Shown here: positions 35,024 to 48,385 of the stretch, one piece after another
Numbering within the stretch: position 1 is the stretch's first letter
How the letters are laid out: the number at the start of each line of letters is the position of its first letter
The notes under the pieces: generated by a model
What the model was told of the DNA's origin: nothing
The model's input: the letters and a program-made list of their open reading frames with translations, nothing else
The model's database searches: none
Source: Asterionella formosa
Taxonomy: Eukaryota
DNA: 63,889 nt
Assembly: GCA_002256025.1 (NCBI GenBank)
Contig: NKIB01013133.1
Coordinates: 1-63,889 of the forward strand
Direction: 5' to 3'
Position numbers and translations under genes: made by a program

Positions 35024-36112
35024 ATGAAGCTCCCTCTCGCTATGCTAGCCAGTGCCTGCTGTGGCGCTGCTGCCAATAGGCCTACCCCAATGGGTGACAT
35101 TACCGCTGACTCTGTTTTGGGCCGGACGTTGATATTGCAAGCCCGGAACCTGGACCAATCCGCTACAGACATCACCTGGGTCGCTGGATACTCAATCAAG
35201 TTTCAGGGCTGTCACAGTGTGCAACAGTGGAATCCTGATGTCAACGAGGCCAATGATGTGCGACTCAAAGCCAAAAATCTGGTTCGGTTTCGTCTGTGCC
35301 CTACTAGTACTTGTTCGGCATCCACAGGGGCTGGATGTTCTGGAGGATACGGAGACTATATTATTGACATGACCACTTTTTTGGACGCCTACTACGTGGC
35401 AAAGACAAATGCTGAAACGCTAGCGTGTCAGAGCCACACGTGTGATTGTAGTGGTGCCGATAACCAGGACTACTGCCTGTATGATTGCTATCTTGCTGCG
35501 GGTATGTCTTACTGTAGTGACACGAACCCTTACACTGGGAAAAGTACCTCGCAGATTGACGTTCAGAATTACTTGGACTGTGCCCAGTACAAAAACCGTC
35601 GTCGCCTTGCCGCCAATGACGTGCAATATTTCATTGGACCATACTGCTCCGAACAGGGTGGATCCATTTTCATGGGAATGTTTACTGATGACTCTTGTTC
35701 CGAGTACGCCGACGATTACTTTGGGGTTACAACCTTCCAGACGATGACTGGCGGTACTCTCCCATACGGTGATACATCTCTTGTCGGATCTGATTGCCTG
35801 TCTTGCCTCGGGTCTTCCGATGGTAGTGGTGCATCAGTCGGAGAGCAGTGTGCCACCATTTATGCAATCGCAGGAAAGTGCGAAAGCAGCTTACCACAGG
35901 GCATGACCTCCTACCCAAACACAAACGGCTGTAACTACATGGAAGGCATCAAAATCACGCGCAAGGATGGAATTATCATTTCCTCTGCCTCTCGCCCTAG
36001 CCCTGTCACTTCTTCCTTTATCGTCATTTTCGCCATGACATCTGCGGCCCTGTTATTTTACGTCTGGTATCTACGCAGGCGTCTAGGAACGAAAAAAGAC
36101 CAGTTGTTGTGA
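35024..36112 (+). CDS. Silicanin-family (Sin1/SiMat7-like) type I membrane protein
   Basis: Signal peptide, RXL site (ARNLDQ), YSIKFQGCH, LVRFRLCP, GYGDYIIDM, second RXL (RRRLA), IGPYCSEQGG, FTDDSC, C-terminal TM and a short basic tail. Confidence 0.88.
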   Translation: MKLPLAMLASACCGAAANRPTPMGDITADSVLGRTLILQARNLDQSATDITWVAGYSIKFQGCHSVQQWNPDVNEANDVRLKAKNLVRFRLCPTSTCSASTGAGCSGGYGDYIIDMTTFLDAYYVAKTNAETLACQSHTCDCSGADNQDYCLYDCYLAAGMSYCSDTNPYTGKSTSQIDVQNYLDCAQYKNRRRLAANDVQYFIGPYCSEQGGSIFMGMFTDDSCSEYADDYFGVTTFQTMTGGTLPYGDTSLVGSDCLSCLGSSDGSGASVGEQCATIYAIAGKCESSLPQGMTSYPNTNGCNYMEGIKITRKDGIIISSASRPSPVTSSFIVIFAMTSAALLFYVWYLRRRLGTKKDQLL

Positions 36113-36354
36113 TGAAAGAAAAAGGTAATAAAACTGGGAGGGACACTTCGCCAGCAGGTTGGGCACATCTTTCACATGTACTCCTACTTGGCACACTCAT
36201 TATTTCTATTAGTATTTCTGGAATCGGTTGAAGCAAACGTAGAAAGGACCATCACCCTACTGGTAGACTAAAGATTCAAAAATTTTCAGTTCAGTTTGTC
36301 AATCTTACAACCGTATGTAGAGCAACGCTTGCATGAGGAGGACTCCATTTGGAA

Positions 36355-36606
36355 CGAGGATACGACCGGTACTGTAAAGGAGTGTACCAGCAGGTACTGG
36401 TACCTGTTGCCAGGGACCGCATCCGGTACCTGGTATCCAGGGAACTGGTGGGTACCGGTGCTACTAGCACCAGGTACCTGCAAGTTGCGGTCATTTTGCT
36501 TAATAAACAATTTGATATTGGATAAAGATAGCTAAAATTTTAGTTCTAGCAAAATTGCCGCGACTTGCTTGGCTACCAGGTACCAGGTGTACAGGCACCT
36601 GGTACG
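36355..36606. repeat. Cluster of palindromic GTACC(A/T)GGTAC-type motifs
   Basis: Dense GGTACC, ACCAGGT, ACCTGGT and ACCGGT words surrounding the MITE copy. Confidence 0.75.
36480..36568. mobile_element. Second copy of the ~85 bp MITE, in opposite orientation
   Basis: Ends GCAAGTTGCGGTCATTTTGCT ... AGCAAAATTGCCGCGACTTGC. Internal GATAAAGATAGCTAAAATTTTAGTT is the reverse complement of AACTAAAGATTTAGCTGTCTTTATC in the 21131 copy, with a few mismatches. Confidence 0.78.
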
Positions 36607-37240
36607 ATGAACGAGGACGACCCCAAAAATGTTTCCATCCAAAATTGTTAAATTTAAGGACGAAACGAGCTTTAAAAGTAAACCTATGTATGTACATACA
36701 AATGGAGAACCAAAGCGGCAGCAACTTCCTGTCATGAAGCATCTGACATAAATTTTACTTATTTGTCTAAATGTGATACATAGGTTCTGCGATGATCGTG
36801 GTCATGCATTCTGTATCCAAACCAGTCGTGAACCCTTTCATCTGTGTAGAATTCACGACAGGAGTGTATGTGATGATGAGAAATATTTGTTCTATGATGT
36901 TTTGTGTTACATTCTACGATGAATAAAATAGCAGCCAAGAGTCGTGATATCAGCTGCTGGCTGGCCTGGTGCTGGTTTGCACGAGAACGTTGGAAGTTCC
37001 CACGGTACAACCTGGTACATACGTAGGTGCACAGGAATTTTGTATGGTGGTGTATCGGAAATAGTACTATGTAGTGCATCATTTACCGGTCGAATTGGGA
37101 GGCAATAAATCCACTCGTTCATTAGTGTTTTCAATCGTAAATGCAATCAGCTACCGGCATACTGATCCACTATCTCTCACGTCGATCTACTTGTTGCTTC
37201 TGAGCGGAAGGTCAATCAATTCTTCCTCATACATGCATCT

Positions 37241-38479
37241 ATGTCTTCTTTCTCCCCTTCGATGAGCCTCGCCCCAAGATCAACGAGCATTGTCTCCATC
37301 GACGAAAGCCCGATGAGGATACAAACGTTGCCCGCTTTGTTGGCTGCTCGTGATCGGAGCCCGGTGTCGGCCCCTTCTCCGACACCGCACTCAGATCAGT
37401 TTGAGGACGCTCCAGAGGATCTCCTGCCTCAACCTGCGCCTGCGAGGTTGAATCCTCTGGAAGCGCTGGCTTTGGCATGCGCAGCTGAAAACACAAAGGA
37501 CCGGGAAGTTTTGTTTGCCATGGCCGACATTTCAGTCACGCCAAATGTTACAAGCGTCTCCTCATTCTCCACTGTCGGTAGTGATGCTGCGTACACGACT
37601 GATCCGAACAACTTTCCGATCGCACAGAACGATGTTCTCTGTGGACGTGGAGGCCTCACTAACCATCACCCTGGCAATATTTTCTTTCGGCGCTTGGTGC
37701 GCATCAAGCAAGAGGCGTACCTGCTAGCCTCCAAAAGAGACAAGGCGGGCGTCGCCAGAGAAATTGTCGAGCTTGTCCGTACTCTCGTCCCTCCTGGTCG
37801 CTTCTTGAAGAAAGATGAGAAAGGCATGTGGGTGGATATTGGCGACCGTAAGGCGAGAGAAAAGACTAGTCAGGCTCTACGGGAAGGGGCTCCCGAGCTC
37901 AGAGAGGAGCGTCAGACGGTGGATGTCAACACTACCGACGAAAGTCAGACCCCCGTTGCCAGTGATGAGGCTAGGGCGGTACTTGAGAAACTTCGCATTC
38001 AGAATTTCAAGCAAGAGATGGGCTGGTCCGAGCAGCCCGCAGCAGCTGATCTCACAGCCACCAAGCCGAGTCAAGTCCTCAACAACCGGGCCCGAGTTGT
38101 CTCTGATGATGCCGGAGTTCTTGGGATTCGTCCTCTCTTTCATCAGATTCATGGTCAGCATTCGTCTCACGTTGTCATGGACGAAGCGCATCACTTTCAA
38201 TCTCATAATACACCCCATCATCATGCTCAAGTTTACTACGCCCCCCATTTGATGCAAAGGAATCCTTCGGGTCACGGGTTTGCAGACCAAGGAGCTCAAC
38301 GGCCTTTTCCTCCTCTTCGCCCTCATGGCAAAACTGGTCGTGCCAAGGCGGGAGCCAAGCGCAAGGTGGATCACGCTTGCTCGGTACAGGAAGGATGCCG
38401 AGACATTGACCAAGTGGGATCCAAAAGGGGACCAAGGGTCAAGCTTCTCAAGTCACGACTCAAGGACTGTACTATATAA
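37241..38479 (+). CDS. DUF6824 domain protein
   Basis: NDVLCGRGGLTNHHPGN..FR..V ... PPGRFLKK ... W..IGDRKAREKTSQALRE is the signature of this diatom-expanded domain. Disordered flanks. Confidence 0.9.
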   Translation: MSSFSPSMSLAPRSTSIVSIDESPMRIQTLPALLAARDRSPVSAPSPTPHSDQFEDAPEDLLPQPAPARLNPLEALALACAAENTKDREVLFAMADISVTPNVTSVSSFSTVGSDAAYTTDPNNFPIAQNDVLCGRGGLTNHHPGNIFFRRLVRIKQEAYLLASKRDKAGVAREIVELVRTLVPPGRFLKKDEKGMWVDIGDRKAREKTSQALREGAPELREERQTVDVNTTDESQTPVASDEARAVLEKLRIQNFKQEMGWSEQPAAADLTATKPSQVLNNRARVVSDDAGVLGIRPLFHQIHGQHSSHVVMDEAHHFQSHNTPHHHAQVYYAPHLMQRNPSGHGFADQGAQRPFPPLRPHGKTGRAKAGAKRKVDHACSVQEGCRDIDQVGSKRGPRVKLLKSRLKDCTI

Positions 38480-38667
38480 GTCAGGGGTCTTAAGTGGCAT
38501 GATGTGTATATATTTACTACTTTTGGATGAAAAGAACAATCTATAGTTGTTGCGTTAATAAATTAAGACTTAATCATTTCCTTTGTTTGCAGTTGTTGCG
38601 TAAAGGAAATCGAAATCGACAACATTTCCGACTGGCAGAGTCTTTGTGGTAAAATTTTAACTCATCA

Positions 38668-39100
38668 TACCGGTGTGTGTCAAACACCAAATACCGGTAT
38701 TAGGAACCGAAAAAAGGCAACTCTTACATACCAGGTACTGGTACCTGGTACCGGTTGTTCAAACTTTCGAACTACGGTACCTGGTAACAGGTACCCACCC
38801 ACCTGGTGCTTTACCCTGGTCCACGTTGTACCAGGTCCTCTCTTCTATGCTTGTAAGAGTAAAACAGGACTCAGAGTACCAGGGAACGCACCGGCACACC
38901 ACGCACCGGTATGTATCATTCAAGAATACCAGGTGGCACCAGGTACAATCGGTGCCTTTGTACTGATACTCCGTACAAAGAACCCGGCATCATCTCCCCA
39001 AGGTGCGGTTGTGGCTTGTTTATGAGCATTTGTAGCGGTAAATGTGTCTTCGAGTCTAAATAATGGTATTAGGTTACACGGTACCTGGTACCTGGTACAT
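38668..39100. repeat. Cluster of palindromic GTACC(A/T)GGTAC / TACCGGTA motifs
   Basis: For example TACCAGGTACTGGTACCTGGTACCGGT at ~38729-38755 and GGTACCTGGTACCTGGTAC at ~39080-39098. Confidence 0.8.
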
Positions 39101-42100
39101 AGACCAACGAAATGTAATCGTGGAAAGGTGTCCTGAAAAATATATACACATGATATACCAGTATGTATATCCCGGAATAAAAATAAATATTTCGTCATGA
39201 TCAAAAATTCGAAGTATTTTGGTTGCTGTCGTCATTCTTTTAAGCTTGATGTGTGCTTCATTTTTATTTACCGGTAGGTTCTTTTTATATTACCGACCGG
39301 CTAAATAAACAGGAAATCTGTATGGATAATACGTACTGGTACAGACATAAATCCTGCCTTCATTGAGAATTACCGGAGCAGTACCAGGACGTTCCAGTCA
39401 ACTGGTGTATGGTTAGGAAAATACAAGCGCCTGTTGACACTATCATGATGAAAACATACCGGTATGCCACCGTACACAGAGAGAACGATTTACCATATGG
39501 ATGCATCGGATTCTTTCACGCTAGGCTGATTTCAGTCTAACAGTCTGGATTCAGTCTGGGTTTTCAATCCCTTGCCCTTAGCTCAATTCAATGGATATTT
39601 CATTTCTGAAAAGTTAATCTAAATCTATAGAGCTGCAGATTTCTGGAGGTATTTATGAGGCAATAAGCTTATAGGTTTAAATGATTTTCAGATACATGAG
39701 AAGTCTGGTGCCTGCTAAAAAATCTAAAAATATCTGTGCGGGATGGCACAAAAACAAAAATTGACAACGGGCCAAGGTGCCATCATTTCATGCCTTTCCA
39801 AGTACATTCACCCATCACTGTTTCTCTGAAATCACCATGTGAACATCCCAAAAGGTCATCAACTTGAAAGAATCATGTCAGTTCTGAAGTGGGAGCTCAA
39901 GAAAATCATTGGTAGTTAAGAGGTGATGGCTCCTGGGACTGTGGATGATGCTGATACAGCTGAGCTTTATGCTCTTTAAATTCACTTCTAGATCATTTCT
40001 GATGGTTATCAAGAAACCTTTTACTGTGATGAAGGCAATTATGTTCTTGAGGAGGCAGCAGAAGGGGAAGTGAGGATGCCTTCTGAGTTTCTCAAACTTG
40101 TCCTGGCACAGTTCATGACTCTGATGAAATTGCCATTGCTTCCAGCTGGATTTTTGATGCTTTCATTGATAATGTCACAGCATCTGAAAAGGTAAGTTGC
40201 AAACAATTTGTTTGATAATGAGTGGGAGAAGTCAGTAACTCACAAGAGGAGACAGTTGAATGCATCAAAGAGCAAGCAATCCAATATTTTCATCATTTCC
40301 AATTCATTTGAATTCCACTGCCTTTCAGTTATTTGATTTGATAATTCATTTGGAGCTCTGCAACGAATCTATTTTGTTTACCATTGATTAAAAGCTCATT
40401 GCCATGGTGGAGGGGAAAGTGTGCGCAGATCATGAATAGCAAAAACTTCTCATATATAGAGTGGTTTTCTATAGCTAGCCCCTACAAATTTTGAAATGCT
40501 GTTGAGTTTCCATGACGCAAAGCTGCCTTCCCAAATCATTTTGAACAAGGTGAAAATGGGTGAAGAAATGGTGGCTAAATAGAGTTTAACATCGCTCCTT
40601 TCAGTCACAGCAGAAGATGCCATGCATGCTAGCATATAAACACTTCTGTAAGGAGGGAGGTTGATAGCATGCTCGGCTTTCGCAAGATGTTTGCGGAGGC
40701 ATTGGTATATAGTCCTTATTACAACGAAAAAAGAGAAATCGCTGAGACGGTTGTCCAGATTGACCACAGCACAGCGTTTTTGGGCTGCCCAAAAGCACAC
40801 AAAATTTCTAGAAAGAAACCAAGAAGGTATTTGCGCCACCAGATTACCCAGGTTTCCTGTGAAATCAATCTTGAAATATCGAACAAGAATGAAGAGTTTT
40901 CTCATCAATTCATTTGCTCGGTTGCTGTGGTACAATGATCTCCCCTTTCTGCGCTTTTTGCTGCCATGGGACATCTCTCCCCTATGCATGGCTGTACATA
41001 GTAGAAAACATCTTATTCTTGTGATGCATCTTATAATGATGATCATATGATCGAATAAATTCAATATATCATCTAATATATATAATAATTATCGTCAAAG
41101 AGAATATTGTAAGTACAAATATATAGATACATGTATTTATGTAATGTTTACTCCCGTCACACTACAACAATCAGCAATCGCTCAATCAATTGACATTCAT
41201 TTCAAGCTTGCTTGTTATCAAAGTCCAAGGCACAGCAATGCACATGAGTCTTCATTTTCTTTCCGAAGTCTTGTTTGATTGCCACTGGAACATGTTAATG
41301 GCACTTCTGCTGTAGCGCTGGATTGCTTGAATTGGCCAGAGTCCATGGCATGACATCATGGTAAGCCAACATGCACTGATGATATTGAATAGAAAAATTT
41401 TCGTTGCTCTGATAGACATGATCTAACGCTTCCCCTAACCCTACTAACAGGGGCATCAGGCACTAGGCATGAACGTCGTTCACCAGGTAGGAGACATCCA
41501 TAATGGACCAATTTGAACAGGCTGCTGGACAAGAGGATGTTGTGTTGCTTTGTCCCAGCCACTTGCAGTTGTGGGTCATAGATTCTGAGAAATCAAGGTC
41601 CCTTTTCAAGGATGGTTGAGTAGATAATGGAATTCTTGACACCACAGCTTCTATTTATTAATAGTGAATTCAATTCATCGGTTTACTACTTGGAGGAATG
41701 CGCTGATGACTTATCAAATAGGTAAACTAACTTGTTTAGGTTGGATGCATTATTTAGAACATGAATTTTGTCTTCGAATTGACACATCATGTGATTGTAG
41801 TTCCAGTATCTCGAAGTTTTTATCATGATATTCATTCTACAATAGAGATTTTATTGTTATTAAGCTAGTAACTTTGTGACTCGCTCTATAAGTTTAGATT
41901 GTTCTGTAGTAAATGTGTGCTGTTATTGTCAACAAACTTTCGAAGAGCGGGCATTCTTTGTCACTCAGATCATCCTCCAACCCATTGATTTCCAAACTCA
42001 AATTTGAAACTAATGTGGGAACCAGATAGTATTCATCATGTACATAATAATACTCATAACACGCCGGTCTTGTACAAAACAACCTAAGAACATTTGTATC

Positions 42101-42601
42101 TATACTAGCTAGTAGGTGATGGAGGAGCAACATTGGTATCTATAGATGATGGAGTGCTGAGTGTATGCAATGATAACATGGTCTTTTACAAAGCCCCTAA
42201 CATTGGTAGGTGATGGAGGGTAGTATGACATGCAATACTAGCATGGTAACGTAGTAGAAACAGGCAGCACACCATTAGTAGTACCTATATTTACTGGCAA
42301 TTGCTGATACATCACATGATAGGAGGACCAGAAAGTATTTTCTGTTAAGTTTGATGTCTATATCCTATTCATTCGATAAGTTTTAATTGATCATACAAGA
42401 ATAAACGCTGTCATTGAAACTATGAGAAGAGAATAATGATCAAAATTATTTTTAAGTAGTAAAATAAATTGATGTTAAAAGTAATATCAAAAGATCTAAA
42501 TTTTATTATCCCTCCAATAGAATCAAAAATAAAATGAATTAATGCACACTGTCCTCATCGTTCATCACCAAAAATCCACCATGCATCATATTATTCCATG
42601 A

Positions 42602-42679
42602 AAGGGAGTGGCTTAGTGGCTGGATGGAAAGCACATAGTCATTATAAATGAAAGTTCGGGTTCAATTCCTGCTTCATTT
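42602..42679 (+). pseudogene. tRNA-like relic or SINE head with Pol III A and B boxes
   Basis: A box TGGCTTAGTGG at 42609-42619, B box GGTTCAATTCC at 42659-42669. Partial T-stem, weak acceptor stem, no clean anticodon arm. Confidence 0.5.
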
Positions 42680-43383
42680 TTGAGAAGCAATTGTTAATTA
42701 AGAAACCAAACTTCTTTCCATTCCTCACAACCTTTCCTGGTGTGCAAGAAAAACCGGCCCTATGCGAACCGTCGCTCGTCGTGTCCGATCATGAGGAGTT
42801 CTTGCAGCATATTCTGCCATATCATACATGGGAAAAGGGGTATCCGCCATGGTGGGGAGGAGGTGGTACCATCCAACCAGAGCACTACGTAGGTAAACCT
42901 GACCTGCTGTAGACTTGTGAATACACTTCAGCGATGCTCTAGCAGCCTTGTTGTTGCTTGAAGAGGAGGAAGGGGCAGATCATGCCCTCTTGTTCTGGTT
43001 TGTCTCTTTTGCCCGGAAGAGAACGAAGACAAAATCGTCGCATGATTTACTTCAAGTCGTTGCAGAGTCCTACTAAGCACAAGGCTATATAGTATTTGGG
43101 TACTGCCCCGCCACCAGCACAGCAAGACAACATGGCAAAAAATTCCATCCATTAAAGATGCCAACATTGATTCAGAATCAAAAACGACACCTGCAGAATA
43201 CAACAATCATGTCAAGAACTGCGACAACAGCAACAAAACTTTTTTGATAGGAATTAGCATGACTTCAAGGTTTCAAAAAGTAGAATGATATTTAATAAAT
43301 TTGGTACTAACCATGAATTGATTGATGTTGTAATGATGTTCAATGTTGTGTCGATTGTTGGATTAATAACCTAACTGGCCATG

Positions 43384-43549
43384 TGTTAGGAAACCTACAT
43401 ATGACAATGGTACATGATGATGGATGGACTATGGTCCAACACAAATTTAGTAAGAAAAGACGCCACGTAGGGCGCCACGTCAACACAGAACTGATCAGCA
43501 CTTCAATTGCCACATCGAATGCTCACTTTAATTAACTATCTGGTTTACA
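43384..43549 (+). repeat. 5' LTR (TG...CA; right end inferred)
   Basis: The first 52 bp match 48386-48437. Candidate end TGGTTTACA at 43549. Confidence 0.65.
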
Positions 43550-44233
43550 ATCAATTCGACCACTCTGTGTGAACATTTCCCTCATCCTGTTGTCTCATCG
43601 GCACAGTTGGAGGATGCAAATGCTGCAGTTTCAACATAATTAATTAAAGGTTGAAGTAACAGTGGCAAAATGGGACGATGGGCCCAGGGATGACAATACA
43701 AGCTCTCCACCAAAGGAAAAGAAGGAATCAATGGAGACCGGAATAAACAACACAAGTATGGGTACCACAAGCCCATGATACCAAGACAGCCCAAGTTTGA
43801 GGGCAAGTGTGATGATCTAAAAGGCCGCATCTATGACTGCTCTGATGCCAGACAGTCAGATTTTTTCATGAAGCCAACAAAGGAGATCGGAGAATTCGTT
43901 GGAAGGACATACAAGTATGGTGGGGACATCCGGTTGGTTGTTGAGAATCTGGAGTGAGTTACCAGTTATGGACGAACCAAGTGACTCACCTGAAAACGCG
44001 ATCAGAACTCAAGAAAATATCTGGGAAAAGCAAGTTGATGAGTTTGTCAATAGAAGCAGCTACCTTACTGAGAATTTCAAGACTCTATATTCATTGGTGT
44101 GGGGACAGTGTACTGACATCAGAAGATCAAGGCACTGGAGAAATTTGATACTAGGTCAGGTGCAGGTGATGGACTCTCACTATTGAAGGCCATTAAGGAC
44201 ATGGCATACAATTTCCAGAGCCAAAAGTATCTC

Positions 44234-44787
44234 CCCTTGGCCACATAGGTAACTGGAATCAATCCAACAAATGTGGTAACGCCTGCATGTATGTAGCAGA
44301 GGAGGGCGGATATTGTGTGATGCCCATTCTTGGGAGAAAGGCAGGAAAAAATCCAGAATGCTTAATTTGTGAATCAACCAGTGCTTTGCCTCTCAATACA
44401 CAATCTTTGCAAATAAAAGAGTTGGCACCATAAATTTTCAGTGCCCCTACTCTCCTTTGGAACCTTCCTGACTAGATGTAGAATAGTGGTTGATCTAATC
44501 ATGACCAATTCATAACATCCACCCTATCTCATAGATTGATGAGATATGAAGAATGTTTTTATATAACAGGATCCAATAGCTTTCAAGTGCTCCTGCATAA
44601 TGTGCAAGGCTTGACAATGAACACTATGAATGAATCCATAACCCATCATTGTTTTAAAATAAGTTTGGAGCGCCGCATGTGGGCGAGCATTAGTAAAATG
44701 ATCACTTAGATACATGGTAGTAGAAAAGACTCTGGTGAAGACAATTCTTCCATGATGGACATGTTTTAATGGAAGAGGGAACGAGGG
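44234..44787. mobile_element. ~555 bp insertion interrupting gag
   Basis: gag reads FQSQKYL up to 44233 and resumes THSLHESKWRFYLCAQG at 44788. The insert ends are CCCTTG...CGAGGG. Confidence 0.7.
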
Positions 44788-47700
44788 ACCCACTCACTAC
44801 ATGAATCAAAGTGGCGATTCTATCTATGCGCACAAGGACAGTTTGCAACAACACAAGTATGCTTCGAACAGTTCCAAAACTTAGTCGATGTGATTGAACA
44901 CAGTGGCGGGTCTATCAGACATGATCAAGGAATCGAAAAAATCATTGCCACAGAGCGGGGAAAGAATCTGTCAACAATGACCTCATCTATGAAAGAGGAA
45001 TTAAAAAGGGATGCCCAGGGGCGGTACCTTGTCATTGCTTGTTTCCTACTTGGTGCTGACCGATCGCGCTTTGGAAGAAGGCTGATTGAGAACCTGGACT
45101 TTTTGCAAGGTCAGAATAATTATCCTACTACAGCCAGTTACTGCTGCATATCATCTTCTCACCAACTGGAAGCAGCAAGAGTCACGGAATCTTGTGCGCC
45201 CAATAGGGCCTGCCAGTGATGGTGTATCATTTACAAACATTGATGATAATACAACTGATCCTGAAGTCACTCTTGCAAATAATTGTTGACAACAACCTAC
45301 TACCCAACTGTCCAATTAATCGAAGCGACATTGTTGCGGCAGAAAAATTTTGGGCCAGATGTTGGATCTCTTTCAGGCAAAACCGTGCATCCTCTGGGCA
45401 GCCACACAAGTAGAGGCCTACACTGTCAATATCCCAGCAGAAATAATGAGTCGATACCATAACATCATCCTTGCTGGAGACCTCATGATGTTTGTCAACA
45501 ATATCGCATTTTTTATGACAATATCCCGATACATCAAATTTGGAACTGCCGAGATGATGAAAAATCAGCAAAATAAAACATTCCTTGTTGCAATTAACCA
45601 TGTAAAGAGCATCTATATAAAAAGGGGATTCCAAATATCTGTAGTTTTACTGGATGGCCAATTTGAATCGCTCCATGGTGATCTTGCAGATATGAAAATT
45701 GCACTCAACACTATGTCAAACGGAGAGCAGCCATGTGCCAGACATTGAACAACACATCCGTACAGTCAAGGACTGTGCTCGATGTGTATACAACACCCTC
45801 CCATTTAAATGCATGCCAGCACGAATTACCATTGAAATGGTGTATTACAGCAATTTTTGGCTAAACAGCTTTCCACCAATTGATGGAGTATCCACTACCA
45901 TTAGTCCTTGAGCCATGATAGTCGGAACTCATATCAACTATTCCAAGCACTGCAAGCTTGAATTTGGGGCATATGTGAAAACCCATGAGGAACACGATAT
46001 CTTGATGGCCACCCGAACCACTGGAGCTATTGCCCTTCGTCCCACAGGCAACAAACAAGGCGGATACTATTTCCTCAGCCTCACTACTGGTCGTGTCCTT
46101 AAAAGAAACCATTGGACGGAACTACCTATGCCACATGAGCTCATTGATCGGGGACATGCTGCCCTTGCCCGCCGCAATGGTTGTAGCAATAGCATGGGCA
46201 CCCCTCTTGAATTTACTGATCGAGATGGTAATCCACTAGTCCACACAGATGATGATGACAACAATGATGAATCCTAGTATGACCCAAATCACTCTGATGA
46301 TGGATTTGATGATGATGAGTATGAGTATGATGACCAACCCAATGATCTTGACATCAACCATGGATATGACAACAACACCAATGCCAATGACTCCAATGCT
46401 CTCATTGCTGGAGTATATGACAATGACAATATTGAATATGAAAATGAACCTGACAAAGAACAGACTGAACAAGAAAACAACAGTGAATATGGAAACGAAA
46501 TCGAATCACAAATCCCTGAGCATGGAGACATTGAAACTGAACCCAGCAAAGCCGAGGGTAACAGTAATGACTTTGAGAATGAAATGAATGAACGCTATGG
46601 GGTGCGCGGTGAAAACTATAATCTCCATCCCAGCAGGCATCCACGTGATTACAGTCACTGACAAACCACACTTGAGAGTATTATCATGACACAACACAGT
46701 ATGAAGAAAGGAATTAAGCTGTTTAGAGAGGCAGGTAAAGATGCAGTAATGCAGGAGCTCTAAAAGCTTATCAATCAAGAAGTCATTAAGCCCAAGAATG
46801 CATCTGAGTTGTCAGGAAGCGATAAAGAGAACGAAGGGGCACCACTGCAATACCTAATGTTCTTAAAACAGAAGCGTAATGGCACAATTAAGGGCAGAGG
46901 ATGTGCAGATGGAAGAAAACAACAAGATTAAACCTCTAAGGAGGAAGAATCCAGCTCACCCACAGTGGCAATTGAATCAGTAATGTTGTCAAGTGTCATA
47001 GATGCAAAGGAACGTCGAGATGTTGCAATCGTTGACATCCCAGGTGCATTTTTGCAAGCCGACATGGAAGACAAAACCCACATAAAATTAGAGGGGAAAA
47101 TGGCTGAACTCCTTGTCAGAATCGATCCAAAATTACATAGGAAACATGTGCAGGAGGTTGAACGTGGAAAAAAGGTGCTTTATGTTGAGCTAAAAAAAGC
47201 GCTCTATGGCTGGCACTCTTAAGGCTGCTTTATTATTTTGGAGGCGGTTAACAAATGAACTTAACAGTTGGGTATTCTTGCTTAGTGAACCCCCATGACT
47301 GGTGCGTCATGAATATGATAATTGATGATAAGCAATGCACAATTTTATGGCATGTGGACGGTTTGAAGATATCAGCCACATGTCAACCCCACAATGGTTA
47401 CAGATGTGATCACACAATTGCAAGGAACATTCGGGAAAGAGGCACCACTAACCATTACATGCAGAAAGGTGCATGACTACTTGGGCATGGTCCTTGACTA
47501 CTCAGCCCCCGGAAAAGTTAAGTTTTCTATGACCGATTATATTAAAATGATGCTGGACAACCTCCCAGATGAGATGAATGGAGAAGCCGCCACTCCAGCT
47601 GCAACGCACCTTTTTGAAACTAATGGAACTGGTTCCACTCTGCTTGACGACGAGGAACAGGCTGACATGTTCCATGATAATGTTGCCAAGCTTCTGTTCC

Positions 47701-48385
47701 TGTGCAAACAACGGCGGACTCGTCCCAACATACAAACCGCTGTAGCTTTCCTCTGTACCCAGGCCCATCATGTGAAGGGACCAGATACAGATGACTACTA
47801 GTACAAAAGGCTTGCCCGCGTAATGAAACATCTCAGGAGCACTATTCATATGCCCCTCACCCTTGAAGCAGATAACATGCAGATTATCAAATGGTGGATT
47901 GATGCGTCGTTTGCTGTTCATTCTGACATGAAAAGCCACACTGGTGGTACCATGACCCTTGGGAAAGGAATGATATATGCCATGTCCACTCGCCAGAAAA
48001 TTAATACCAGGAGTTCCACTGAAGGGAAAATTGGTGGGTGTCAATGATGTCATGCCGCAGGTTCTTTGGACTTGCTATTTCCTTGAAGCACAGCAGAGAT
48101 ATGATATTACGGACTCACTTATCTACCAGGACAACCAGAGTGCCATACTGTTGGAAAATAATGGGCATTTCTCCAGCAGTAAACGGACTCGACATATTAA
48201 CACTCAGTACTTCTTTGTTACCAACCGTATTGCCTCCAAGGAGGTGTCTATCACATATTGCCAAACTGGCCATATGATTGCTGATTTTTTTACAAAGCCC
48301 CTCCAGGGGTCATTATTCAAGAAGTTTCGGCATCAATTCCTGAACATTGATCCATTGGCAGACAGCTCATTGGATCACAGGAGTG

